64,000 bases of DNA from Squalus acanthias (GCA_030390025.1 CM059432.1:140556001-140620000), one strand, 5' to 3'; positions 13,021 through 24,590 are shown, numbered from the stretch's first letter. A program made the numbers and translations. Notes: generated by a model from the letters alone, not told the origin.

Positions 13021-13768
13021 GGGCTGGATTTTCAATGACCCATGGAGTCGGGTTTGGAGGCGTGTGGGGGGTTAAAGTTGCAGATTCGGGGGTCCCGACC
13101 CCATCCCGCCTCCAACCCGCCTCCACACAATTTTAATAAAATCGTGTGCAGTGTTCCCGACTCCGTCCCGCCTCCAAGAGGCGGGAGAGGCCATTAAAGC
13201 CCTTAACAAGCCCTAAATTGGCTCTGTAATGCCATTTTGAAACGTTTTAGCTAGTTTAACCCTTTTCCCTGATGTGAAACACGCCAGTGAAACCTGGCGG
13301 GAGCACAAGTGGATAGCTGACTATCAGCTGCAGGTCCACTATTACAACGGAGATGTGATGAAGGTAGTAGTAGTATTAGGTCTGAAAGTCGCCTCTGATG
13401 CTGCTGCATTGAATGTCTTCAGAGACTGCCTGGCCTTTGCTGTGAGAGGACCTGGATGCAAAAAAACATTCTCTCTCTCTCTTTCCCCACCCCTCTCTCT
13501 CTCTCTCTCCTTAGAGCTGCTGCTCATTTTGCATCCAGGTCCTCTCACACCAAAAGCCAGGCAGTCTCTGACCTGACCTGCAATGATGACATCATCAGAG
13601 GCGACTTTCAGACTGAAACTAATTGGTTCATGGGTTCCCACATGCTGGAACTCAATTGCCCAATTAAGTGAAAATTGCATCAATCTCCCACATCCAAATG
13701 CAGTCAGGTGGATAACACGAAATGCGGATGACACGACCCCAACCCGCCCCAGTATCAAAATCCAGTCC
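13021..13768. mobile_element. Harbinger MITE family A, copy 2 (inverted relative to copy 1)
   Basis: Same TIRs (right one AAAATCCAGTCC), TSD AAT/AAT. Confidence 0.9.
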
Positions 13769-15209
13769 AATGTGATTGCTTGGTGCATCTATTGATGTCA
13801 TATTTACAAAGTCTTCTGTTTGTATCTTTTACAACATGTAAATTAAAAACACTTCAACCAAGTACATGATTGTCTTCCTAGCTACTTCAATTGGTTGTAT
13901 TAAGAATTATGTCTCCTGTCTTTCATTTGATGTCATATTTATGAAGACATATGTTTCTTTAATGTTCTGTGTTTCTGTTTCCCGAAGTGTTGGTTTAAAA
14001 CAATTTAACTGGGTATTCTTATTGTGTTCTTCCGAAAGCTCAGACTTTCTGGAAGCTCCAATCTGCTGCTTCAATGGGGCTATTGTTTCAGTGTCAACAA
14101 CTGATTCTTATCTCAAAAGCCTGTATGGTGTTTATAGCTTTGTGTTGTTGAGGCTTTTAGATTTTTAAACCCAGTTTGTCATGTTTTAATAAAGTCAGAA
14201 TTCTGTTCATAGGATGGTGTATTTTTCTGAATATGGCTATTCCTTTACAGGCTTTCCTTCCACACTTGTCCAAGTGACTGTTAATTTTGTCCCTGATTAC
14301 TGTTTCTAAAAGCTTCCCCACTACCGAGGTCAAACTGACTGGCCTGTATTTGCTGGGTTTATCTTTACACCCTTTTTTGAACAAGGGTGTAACATTCGCA
14401 ATTTTCCAGTCCTCTGGCACCACCCCCGCTTCTAAGGAGGATTGGAATATTATGGCCAGTACCTCCGCAATATCCTCCCTCAATTCCCTCAGCATCCTAG
14501 GATGCATCCCATCCGCTCCTGGTGACTTATCTACTTTAAGTACAGCCAGACTTTCTAATACCTCCTCTTCATCAATGTTTATCCTATCAAGTATCTCCAC
14601 TACCTCCTCCTTTACTATGTCTGTGGCAGCATCCTCTTCCCTGGTGAAGACAGATGCAAAGTACTCGTTTAGTATCTCAGCCATACCCTCTGCCTTCATG
14701 CGTAGGTCTCCATTTTGGTCCCTAATCGGCCCCACCCTTCCTCTTACTACCCGTTTACTATTTATATGCCTATGAAAGACTTTTGGATTCCCTTTTATGT
14801 TAGCTGCCAATCTTTTCTCATACACTCTCTTTGTCCCTCTTATTTCCTTTTTAATTTCCCCTCTGAACTTTCTATATATAGCCTGATTCTCAGATGTATT
14901 TGCAACCTGACATCTGTCATACTTTTTCTGCTACAAGAAGCTACAAGATTTGTGGCTTAAAAATTGATCTTAAATTTTTTTTAAATTAAATTGCCTTTTC
15001 ACTTTTGGGCCTGTCTTCAGCTTGTTGGCGGTCCACTTTAGACCCTCTGATTTGAGGACAGTTTGGAAGCAAGCAATCCCTCCGTCAGCTTGGTGAGATG
15101 CCCAAGTGGCTGGGTGGCCCCTTGGCTGAACAGGCAGGAAACTGAGGTGCCGGGGGTGGGGTGGTGGTCAGGAATGCCATCCTGCCTCAATTAGCTTGCC
15201 TGAAATCAT

Positions 15210-15770
15210 AAAAGAAAGACTTGCACCATTCACGACCTCAGGGCGTCCCAAAGCGCTTTACAACCAATGAAGTACTTTTAAAGTTCTGACGAAAGGTCTT
15301 CGACCTGAAACGTTAACTCTGTTTCTCTCTCCACGGATGCTGCCTGACCTGCTGAGTATTTCCAGCGTTTTCTGTTGTTATTAAGTACTTTTAAAGTGTA
15401 GTCACTGTTGTATTGTAGGAAACGTGGCAGCCAATTTGCGCACAGCAAGACCCCACAAACAGCCATGTGATAATGACCAGATAATCTGTTTTGTAGTGAC
15501 GTTGATTGTGGGATAAATATTGGCCCAGGACACCAGGGAGAACTCCCCCAGCTCTTCTTCAAAATAGTGCCATGGGATCTTTTATATCCACCTGAGAGAG
15601 CAGACGGGGCCTCGGTCTAACATCTCATCTGAAAAACAGCACTGCCGACAGTGCAGCGCTCCCTCGGTACTGCACTGGAGTGTCAGCTTGGATTATATGC
15701 TCAAGTCTTTGGAATGGGACTTGAACCCACAACCTTCTGACTTTAATACAAGTGTGCTACCTACCGACAC
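15210..15770 (-). mobile_element. Deu-SINE interrupted by a Penelope pLTR fragment
   Basis: SINE sequence collinear on either side of 15285-15382. Confidence 0.85.
15285..15382 (+). mobile_element. Solo Penelope-type pLTR fragment with minimal hammerhead motif
   Basis: 15-bp TSD AAGTACTTTTAAAGT (15270-15284, 15383-15397); CTGACGA-A-AGGTC-TTC-GACCT-GAAA-CG-TT; matches the 3' UTR of the Penelope at 26015. Confidence 0.8.
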
Positions 15771-16619
15771 ATTAATGTGTTGTGTGGTGACCTTAAAATT
15801 TCCATCTCGTGGCAATCCTTGCGGGATTGTTTTGGAACTTTAAGGGAGGACAAATCTGAAGTTTAGATTTACCTGAGTATTCATCTCTAATAGATACACA
15901 TTTTTTAAAATCAACTCCCAATTTGTACCTGGCTTGGATAATATTGGCACAGGCATTTGTTATACTCAAGTCTGGTTATAAGCAGGCTATTTTTTGCCAA
16001 GTTTATTTTATTCAGTAAGGGCTTTGCTATACTGACAGCTGTATTCCTGGCCCAAGGAGTTAAGTTTGGCAAATAAGTTTAGCATTGGCACGAGAAAGGC
16101 CAAACTGGAAAGCGCAATTGTTTGTACTTATGGAGGTTTTATTTTGCCAATTCGATTTAGGAATTTAATGAACACCAATCCAAATTTTCTCTTGCCAGGT
16201 TTGGGTCTGCAAAAAAGTGCAAAAAGTGTAACAGTTTAACGGAATCAAGATGCACAGTTTTACAGTTTAACGGAATCAAGATGCACAAATAACATCTCTC
16301 TGGAAGAATCCACTTAGCTATAATATTCTGGTGACCTAAATAAGCCAGTGCTATCTATCACTACAACAAAATGCTAAGACAGTCACCCTGTTGTTATCCT
16401 CACTCCAATTTTCTAAGGTTACTGCAGAAAATGGAAATCAGGCCACAGAAAATAGCACTGCAACGTGTTTACAATTTTACTTAATGCGAAAAAAAGACAC
16501 CAAAATAATTGAACTCATAATTATGTGTCAGCTGTGGCTCAGTTGGTAGCACTCTTGTCTCTGGGTCAGAAAGTTGTGAGTTCTAAGTCCCCCTCTAGAG
16601 ACTTGAGCACAAAAATCTA

Positions 16620-16843
16620 ATGTGAGAAGTCGCACAACACCAGGTTATAGTCCAACAGCTTTATTTGAAATCACAAGCTTTCGGAGCGCTGCTCCTTCGT
16701 CACGTTCACCTGACGAAGGAGCAGCGCTCCGAAAGCTTGTGATTTCAAATAAAACTGTTGGACTATAACCTGGTGTTGTGCGACTTCTCACATTTGTCCA
16801 CCCCAGTCCAACACCGGCATCTGCACATCATGGCTACTATCGA
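16620..16843 (+). mobile_element. Palindromic Penelope-type mini-element (inverted pLTRs + tail)
   Basis: 12-bp TSD CACAAAAATCTA (16608-16619, 16844-16855); ~176-bp near-perfect inverted repeat at 16619-16794. Confidence 0.75.
16706..16742 (+). ncRNA. Minimal type I hammerhead ribozyme motif
   Basis: TCAC-CTGACGA-A-GGAGC-AGC-GCTCC-GAAA-GC-TT-GTGA: core, stem I TCAC/GTGA, stem II, palindromic AAGCTT in place of stem III. Confidence 0.7.
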
Positions 16844-17281
16844 CACAAAAATCTAGGCTGACACTCCCGCTGCAGCTCTGTCTGCCCTCTTAGGTGGCTG
16901 TAAAAGATCCCACAGTGCTATTTTGAAGAAGAGCAGGGGAGTTCTCCCCGATGTCCTGGGCTAATACTTATCCCTCAATTGACATCACTAAGGCAGATTA
17001 TCTGGTCATTATCACAGTGCTGTTTGTGGGAGCTTGCTGTGCGCAAATTGGCTGCTGTGTTTCCTACATTACAGAAGTGACTACGCTTCAAAAAGTACTT
17101 CATTGGCTGAAAAGTGCTTTCGGATGTCCTGAGGTCACGAAAGGCGCTATATAAATGCAAGTCTTTCTTTCTTTTAAAGAGGAGTTTTCCCGTGCACAAT
17201 ATTTCCAGACCATTTATTTTCTGCACTCCTTTTTATTTTCCTGCGAACACTCATAGAAATTAAATGCGACACCTTCCGGAC

Positions 17282-17665
17282 TAGGGTTGCCAACTCTGGT
17301 TTGATGTGTTCCTGGAGGTTTCATCACATGACCTCCTGCCTCCAACCGCCCCGCCCCCCCCCCATCACATTCCCGCTATTGGTCGCCCGACACGTCCACC
17401 CTGCCTTCCCACAGCCAATCAGAAAGCAAACAGGCTCGTCGTTACTCAATTCTTGACTCTTAGTCACACAGTCTTTTTTCCCCACCTCCAATATTTTTAG
17501 AACTAATTAAAGAAAAGTGTTCAAAGAAAATGTAAAAAAAACCCACAATCTTTTTGAACGGCCCCAATGATTTTTCTCCCTGGGTTTTTGCTCCCAGCAG
17601 TGTCCGGGAGATTAATCTTCAATTCCTGGAGACTCCAGGGCAACCCTGGAGGGTTGGCAACCCCT
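17282..17665. mobile_element. Non-autonomous hAT-like DNA transposon
   Basis: TIR TAGGGTTGCCAAC...GTTGGCAACCCCT; TSD not clean. Confidence 0.65.
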
Positions 17666-17745
17666 CTTGTGAAGTTCATGAGAATAAGGGCAATCGTTAA
17701 GCTTGTGCAGAAATGCCACGCAATACATCTGTGGGAAGTTTAATA

Positions 17746-18074
17746 TTACGACTTCGTAAGGCTGATGTCGCTGGAGAGCAACAACTATAATGTTACATTT
17801 AGGTGGTTAAGCCAGATAATTGCGTCAGGAGTAGCGGAGCGTGTCGCTGTGATGCCTCCTTCGTATTTGTGAATCGGGCATCGAGTCGTAATATGCTCCA
17901 TGGTCTGTTCTGGGTGACCGCAGTCGCACACTGGAGAGTTTTAAAGTCTCCATTTGTGCATCAAGTATCCAGATCCGCCATGGTTTGTGCGGATGCGGTT
18001 TGGGCACGGCCATAAGCTTCGCCGAAGATCAAAGCCAGGGATCGTCAGCGTCGAGTCTTTACGAGGTGTTTGTT
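17746..18074 (-). mobile_element. Vingi/Ingi-like LINE 3' fragment
   Basis: Minus-strand translation PGFDLRRSLW..NRIRTNHG..YLMHKW..SPVCDCGHPEQTMEHITTRCP (CCHC knuckle); 14-bp TSD TGGGAAGTTTAATA (17732-17745, 18075-18088). Confidence 0.7.
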
Positions 18075-18284
18075 TGGGAAGTTTAATAGTTCAGTCTTAA
18101 AACAAAAGCCACACGGAGCAATAGGTAACACTCTTGCCTGCTGATTCCTTCAGTTCGTTTTCGTCAACTTAAAGACTCATGAAGTCTGATTCAGTAATTC
18201 GAAAGAGAGGCGATGGGCCGAATGGCCTCCTTCTGTGCTGTACCAGTCTATGATTTTATGTCTTAGGAATCACAAGATATGAAG

Positions 18285-18347
18285 TGAAATAAAAACACAA
18301 AATGCAGGAAAACACTCAGCAGCTCAGGAGAGAGAAACAGAGTTAAC
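18285..18347 (-). mobile_element. Penelope pLTR remnant truncated at the hammerhead site
   Basis: Matches the 15285/42240 family up to GAGTTAAC. Confidence 0.65.
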
Positions 18348-19060
18348 GAGGGCAATTTCAGCCCCCCAAAATGGGTGTGTTTGGGTGTGGTGGGATGTTA
18401 AAATGTAAAAAGTCTGAAACCCAAACCTAACCAGTCTCGAACCTGCCACTTCCGGTTTTAACGGAGGCGGGATGGGGGCAGGTGACCAACCCACTCCCAG
18501 GAGGCGGGTCGCTCATTTAAATATTTCAATGAGGCTGCTTCTCTCTCTTCCAACTCTAACACTGGCCTGCCGTGTTTCCCACGCCTCGGAAAACCCGGCG
18601 GCTAAAGTGGGGTGAGGACTGCTGCGTGGAAGAGGTAAGTGCCTTTTCAGCACTGCTCGTGTGCCAGGAGGAGTAGGAGTACTTCCCCCACCGCCCCCCA
18701 AGCTAACCTGCCACCCACTCCACGCGATCGGACCCCCACCCTGCAATCGGACCCCCCCACCCCACGATCACCAACCATCCCCCACGATCTCTGACCCCTC
18801 TCACAATTACCGACCCCCCCACAATCACCGACCCCCCCCCCACATGATCACCGACCCTCCTGACCCCCCACCTCTGCCCCCGATCTCTCGCTGACTCCCG
18901 CGATCACCCTCCAAGCCACGCTGTACTCACCCTCCCCCACTTCCGGCCATCACTACCCCGAGCAGCACAAAAATGACCTGCTCCCGGGCTGTGGCCTCCT
19001 CCGGAGCCTTCCCCACCCGACAAGGAGCCAAGCCTGTCAACTGTGGTCAGCTTATTCCAA
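18348..19060. mobile_element. Harbinger-type MITE remnant (right end lost)
   Basis: Starts GAGGGCAATTT, aligning with the GGGCTGGATTT TIR class; GC-rich CCCGCC/GGCGGG subterminal motifs. Confidence 0.55.
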
Positions 19061-19062
19061 TC

Positions 19063-19635
19063 ATTTTGATTTTGATTCTCAGGATGTGGGCGTCACGGGC
19101 AAATCCGATATTTATTGCCCATCCCGAGTTGCCCCTCGAGAAGGTGGCGGTGAGCCTTCTTCTTGAACCGCTGAAGTCCGTGTGGTGAAGGTGCTCCCAC
19201 AGTGCTGTTCGGGAGGGAGTTCCAGGATTTTGACCCAGCGATGATGAAGGAACGGCGATCAATGCGCGTTAATCACAATGTAAGAGCCGGTCGCGGGACC
19301 TTTCCCATCACTGCGGGGCTGAGTGCACACGCACCTGAGCAGGAACATATACAACGATATATTTCCAAGTCAGGATGGTGTGTGACTTGATGGGGAACTT
19401 GGAGGTGGTGGTGTTCCCCATGCACCTGCTGCCCTTGTCCTTCTAGGTGGTAGAGGTCGCGGGTTTGGGTTTGGGTTTGTCACAGAAGCCTTGGCAAGTT
19501 GCTGTATCCTGTAGAGATTACACATTGGGCAGGTGGTGGAGGGAGTGAATGTTTAAACCAGTGGATGGACTGGCTTGTCCTGCATAGTGTCGAGCTTCTT
19601 GAGTGTTGTTGGAGCTTCCTGAGTGTGTTGAGGGG
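19063..19635 (-). mobile_element. 3' fragment of the single-ORF CR1-group LINE, opposite strand
   Basis: Reverse complement of about 22370-22840, with deletions and a ~95-bp insert at 19260-19353. Confidence 0.85.
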
Positions 19636-19639
19636 ACAA

Positions 19640-22600
19640 CTGGACTAATAATCCAAAGGCCTGGATTAATGAGACTAACGAGAGATGTGAGTTCAAATCT
19701 CACTGCAACAGCTGGGGAGTTTAAATTCAGTTAAATAAATCTCAAATAAAAAGCTAATATCAGTACCTGTGACTGTGAAACTATCCTATAAAACCCATCT
19801 GGTTCCTTTAGGAAAGGAGATCTGCTGCCTTTACCTGATCTGGTCTATATGTGACTCCAGACCCATAGCAATGTGGTTGACTTTTAACTGCCCTCTGAAA
19901 ACAAGCCACTCAGTTGTAACAAACTGCTAACGATAAACAATAATAATAAAACCGGACGGACCACTTTCGGACACGACAACGGCACACCCAGCCCAGTCAA
20001 CCCTGCAAAGTCCTCCTCACTAACATCTGGGGACTTATGCCAATTGGGAGCACTGTCCCACAGACTAGTCAAGCAACTGCCTGACAAAGTCATATTCACA
20101 GAATCATACCTTTCAGCCAATGTCCCAAACTCCTCCATCACCAGCCCTGGGTATGTCCTGTCCCACCGGCAGGACAGACCCACCAGGGGTGGAGGCACAG
20201 TGGTATAGAGTCGGGAGGGAGTGGCCCTGGGAGTCCTCAACATTGACTCCGGACCCTATGAAGTATCTTGGCTTCAGGTCAAGCATGGGGAAGGAAACCT
20301 CCTGCTGATTACCACCTACCGCCTCCCTCAGCAGATGAATCAGTACTCCTCCATGTTGAACACCACTTGGAAGAGGCACTGAGGGTAGCAAGGGCATAGA
20401 ATGCACTCTGGGTGGGGGACTTCAATGTTCATCACCAAGAGTGGCTCGGTAGCACCACTACTGACCGAGCTGGCCGAGTCCAGAAGGACATAGCTGCGAG
20501 ACTGGGCCTGCAACAGGTGGTGAGAGAACCAACATGAGGGAAAAAACTTCTTGATCTCGTCCTCAACAATCTACCTGTCGCAGATGCATCTGTCCATGTC
20601 AGCATTAACCACTACACAGTTCTTGTGGAGACAAAGTCCCATCTTCACCCTCCATTGTGTTGTGTGGCACTAGGTGCTAAATGGGATAGATTCAGAACAG
20701 ATCTAGCAGCTCAAAACTGGGTATCCATGAGGCGCTGTGGGCCATCAGCAGCAGCAGAATTGTATTCCACCACAACCTGTAACCTCATGGTCCGGCATAT
20801 CTCTCACTCTACCATTACCATCAAGCCAGGGGACCAACCCTGGTTAAATAAGGAGTGTAGAAGAGCATGCCAGGAGCAGCACCAGGAGTACCTAAAAATG
20901 AGGTGCCAACCTGGGGAAGCTGCAACACTGGACTACATGCATGCTAACCAGCGGAAGCAGCATGCTATAGACAGAGCTAAGTGATCCCACAATCAACAGA
21001 TCAGATCAAAGCTCTGCAGTCCTGCCACATCCAGTCGTGAATGGTGATGGACCATTAAACAACTAACGGGAGGAGGAGGCTCCATGAATATCGCCATCCT
21101 CAATGATGGTGGAGCCCAGCTCGTGAGTGCAAAAGACAAGGCTGAAGCATTTGCAACCATCTTCAGCCAGAAGTGCCAACTGGATGATCCATCTCGGCCT
21201 CCTCCTGAGGTCCCCACCATCACAGAAGCCAGTCTTCAGACAATTCGATTCACTCCACGTGATATCAAGAAACGGCTGAGCGCACTGGATACAGCAAAGG
21301 CTATGGACCCCAACAACATCCCGACTGTTGTACTGAAGACTTGTGCTCCAGAACTAGCCGCGCCTCTAGCCAAGCTGTTTCAGTACAACTACAACACTGG
21401 CATCTACCCGACAATGTGGAAAACTGCCCAGGTATGTCCTGTCCACAAAAAGCAGGACAAATCCAATCCGGCCAATTACCACCCCATCAGTCTACTCTCA
21501 ATCATCAGCAAAGTGATGGAAGGTGTTGTCGACAGTGCTATCAAGCGGCACTGACTCACTAATAACCTGCTCACTGATGCCCAGTTTGGGTTCCGCCAAG
21601 ACCACTCGGCTCCAGACCTCATTACAGCCTTGGTCCAAACATGGACAAAGGAGCTGAATTCCAGAGGTGAGGTGAGAGTGACTGCCCTTGGCATCAAGGC
21701 AGCATTTGACCGAGTGTGGCATCAAGGAGTTCTTAAAAATTGAAGTCAATGGGAATCAGCGGGGGAAACTCTCCACTGGCTGGAGTTATAACTAGCACAA
21801 AGGAAGATGGTTGTGGTTGTTGGAGGTCAATTATCGCAGCCCCACGACATCGTTGCAGGAGTTCCTCAGGGCAGTTTCCTAGGCCCAATAATCTTCAGCT
21901 GCTTCACCAATGATCTTCCCTCTATCATAAGGTCAGATATGGGGATGTTCGCTGATGATTGCACAGTGTTCAGTTCCATTTGCAACTCCTCAGATAATGA
22001 AGCAGTCAATGCCCGCATGCAGTAAGACTTGGACAACATTCAGGCTTGGGCTGATAAGTGGCAAGTAACATTCGTGCCACACAAGTGCCAGGCAATGACT
22101 ATCTCTAACAAGCAAGAGTCTAACTACCATTCCTTGACATTCAATGGTATTACCATCGCTGAATCCCCCACCATCAACATCCTGGGGGTCACCATTGACC
22201 AGAAACCTAACTGGACCAGCCACATAAATACTATGGCAACAAGAGCAGGTCAGAGGCTAGGTATTCTGCGGCGAGTGTCTCACCTCCTGACTCCCCAAAG
22301 CCTTTCCACCATTACAAGGCACAAGTAAGGAGTGTGATGGAATACTCTCCACTTGCCTGGATGAGTGCAGCTCCAACAACACTCAAGAAGCTCGACACCA
22401 TCCAGGACAAAGCAGCCCGCTTGATTGGCATCCCATCCACCACCTTAAACATTCACTCCATCCACCACCGGCACTCCATGGCTGCAGTGTGTACCATCTA
22501 CAAGATGCACTGCAGCAACTCGCCAAGGCTTCTTTGGCAGCACCTCCCAAACCTGCGACCTCTTCCACCTAGAAGGGCAAGGGCAGCAGGTGCATAGGAA

Positions 22601-22850
22601 CACCACCACCTCCAAGTTCCCCTCCAAGTTACACACCATCTTGACTTGGAAATATATCGCCGTTCCTTCATCGTCGCTGGGTCAAAATCCTGGAACTCCC
22701 TCCCTAACAGCACTGTGGGAGTACCTTCACTACACGGACTGCAGCGGTTCAAGAAGGCGGCTCACCACCACCTTCTCAAGCTCAGTTAGGGATGGGCAAT
22801 AACTGCTGCACTTGCCAGCGTCGCCCACATCTCAGGAACGAATAAAAAAA
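19640..22850 (+). mobile_element. Near full-length single-ORF (APE-RT) CR1-group LINE, decayed
   Basis: APE: VLLTNIWGL, FTESYL, GGGTV, GDFNVH; RT: NYHPISLLS, QFGFR, IKAAFDRVWH, GVPQGS, FADDCT; several stops and frameshifts; poly-A end. Confidence 0.9.
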
Positions 22851-23924
22851 TGCTGCACCCATTGAGGCAAGTGCAGAATATTCCATCACATCATTTCACT
22901 TATCAATTTTAATGACTGCTAATTGGGAGGGCCATGGACCATGGGGGTTGGGGGGTGGAGGGGGGTGGGGTGCGGTGGGAAGAGGACTGGATCACTGTGC
23001 CCAATCTGAGCCCTCTTGTCGAGCGAGGACCCACACATTGTCGCTCTAACCCAGAAGATTTACACCCCCAGTTTGCAACAATGGTCTGCAAGGAGGTAAA
23101 TAACTGGCGCACTCATTCATACTCGTGAAGTATGCTTCGGATCATAGCTGCCCCTGTGTGAAGCAGCTCAGTAATGCCTACGGGGAGACGGTACACACCA
23201 CCGCACCACACCTTCCCGCTCAGCAGCAGCCAGCACTTCCTCAGCTGCCGACTCTACTCCTCTCCACGGACAGAACAGACGCGACCTCGTGAAGCCTCGC
23301 TCGAACCGTCTCCCGAGCGTACGGCTCTGAGCTGGTGCCTCATTCGAGTGACAATGCTGAGGACTGCAATGCGGCTTGTTGCTGAGAGTGAATTGCTTGC
23401 TGCTCCTGGGGTATTAAGGGGGGGGGAAAAAAGGACATGGACTCTCACTTGAAAAACACCTGAAAGGATTATCATTGGAGAACTCACCCTCAGAAGATGA
23501 AATGGGCGGAATGGGCTCCATGGTAAGGTAGACTGTATCTGGTCTGCGGGAGAAATGGACTTGGTTGGCATGAACGTGCTTTACTCATTCCATGCTTCTC
23601 ATTCAACCTCTGTTTGTTCTTGTGGCTTGGCAATCGAATGCATCCTCTTGCCTTCGGCTTATTTTTGATATTATTGAAGAATTTTCTAACACAGCGAATT
23701 CTTAGAGATTGCAATCCATCACCCCCTCTTGTTACATGGGTTTGGGGGTTTCAATCCTGTTCCAGATGTGGCAGACCACTTGGTTATAGCCTCGTGGGCA
23801 ACTGAGCCCAATTCTTGCTCATAAAACCTGGGCTTCCTAAATTGTTCCCTCTGTGGTGGCCTCACACTTTTCCCAATGGCATAACTTCTGCACAGGGCCA
23901 CAAGACATAGAAGTGCGCCCTCAT

Positions 23925-24295
23925 TGAATCATACAGCACAGAAGGAGGCCATTCGGCCCATCGTGCCTGTGCCGGCTCTTTGAAAGAGCTCTACAATTAG
24001 TCCCACTCCCCTGAACCTGCCCCATAGTCCTGCAAATTTTTCCTTTTCAAGTGTAGATCCAATTCCCTTTTGAAAGTCCCCATTGAATCTGCTTCCACCG
24101 CCCTTTCAGGCAGTGTGTTCCAGATCATCAGAACTCGCTGCGTAAAAAGAATTCTCCTTATCTCGCCTCTGGTTCTTTTGTCAATTATCTTAAATCTGTG
24201 TCCTCTGGTTACTGACCCACCTGCCAGTGGAAACAGTTTCTCCTAATTTACTCAATCAAAACCCCTCATAATTTTGAGCACCTCTATTAAATCTC
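23925..24295 (-). mobile_element. CR1 3' fragment
   Basis: Matches the 3' end of the CR1 at 7248-7630. Confidence 0.85.
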
Positions 24296-24419
24296 AGCTC
24301 ATTAAATCATCTCCAACATGCAGGCAGTCATTTTTAAGTCAATCTTCTCCCCTTTTTCAGCCTACTCAAATGACGAGTTCAAATGTGAGTACTGAAGGTG
24401 CCATTTGAGCATAAGGGAA

Positions 24420-24590
24420 CACGATTATCAGACCCAAGCCTGATTCTGTGTTCCCTTTCCAGCAAGGATCACTGGATAGCAATAAGGAGCAGTAATCCTG
24501 TTTCTCATTTCCTGTTGTCATCCCAGCTGAGTTGGGCTGACGGAGCGCAGACTGGGAATCAAACCTGGGGATATTCCAGTCAGCTTCTCA
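24420..24590 (-). mobile_element. Highly decayed ancient tRNA-SINE remnant
   Basis: B-box-like CCCAGGTTTGATTCCCAG on minus strand; weak similarity to about 35575-35670. Confidence 0.35.

Larger units (their letters stand above)
11319..14249 (-). mobile_element. Solo LTR (ERV1- or Gypsy-type), ~1.4 kb after removing two MITEs
   Basis: TG...CA termini (TGAAGGGA / TCCTTTACA), 4-bp TSD GGCT (11315-11318, 14250-14253), minus-strand TATAAAATA at ~11960 and AATAAA at ~11670. Confidence 0.8.
7248..14925 (-). mobile_element. 5'-truncated CR1 LINE split into three pieces (7248-8300, 11078-11318, 14250-14925)
   Basis: RT motifs KSPGADG, YRPVSLTS, VVYMNFQKAFDKV, GVPQGSVLGP, FADDTK are collinear across the three pieces. 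Confidence 0.92.
16525..17172 (+). mobile_element. Deu-SINE interrupted by a palindromic element
   Basis: Head at 16525-16619, body resumes at 16844. Confidence 0.85.

Noticed and set aside
16231..16287. 26-bp direct duplication
   Set aside because: Simple local tandem duplication with no further structure
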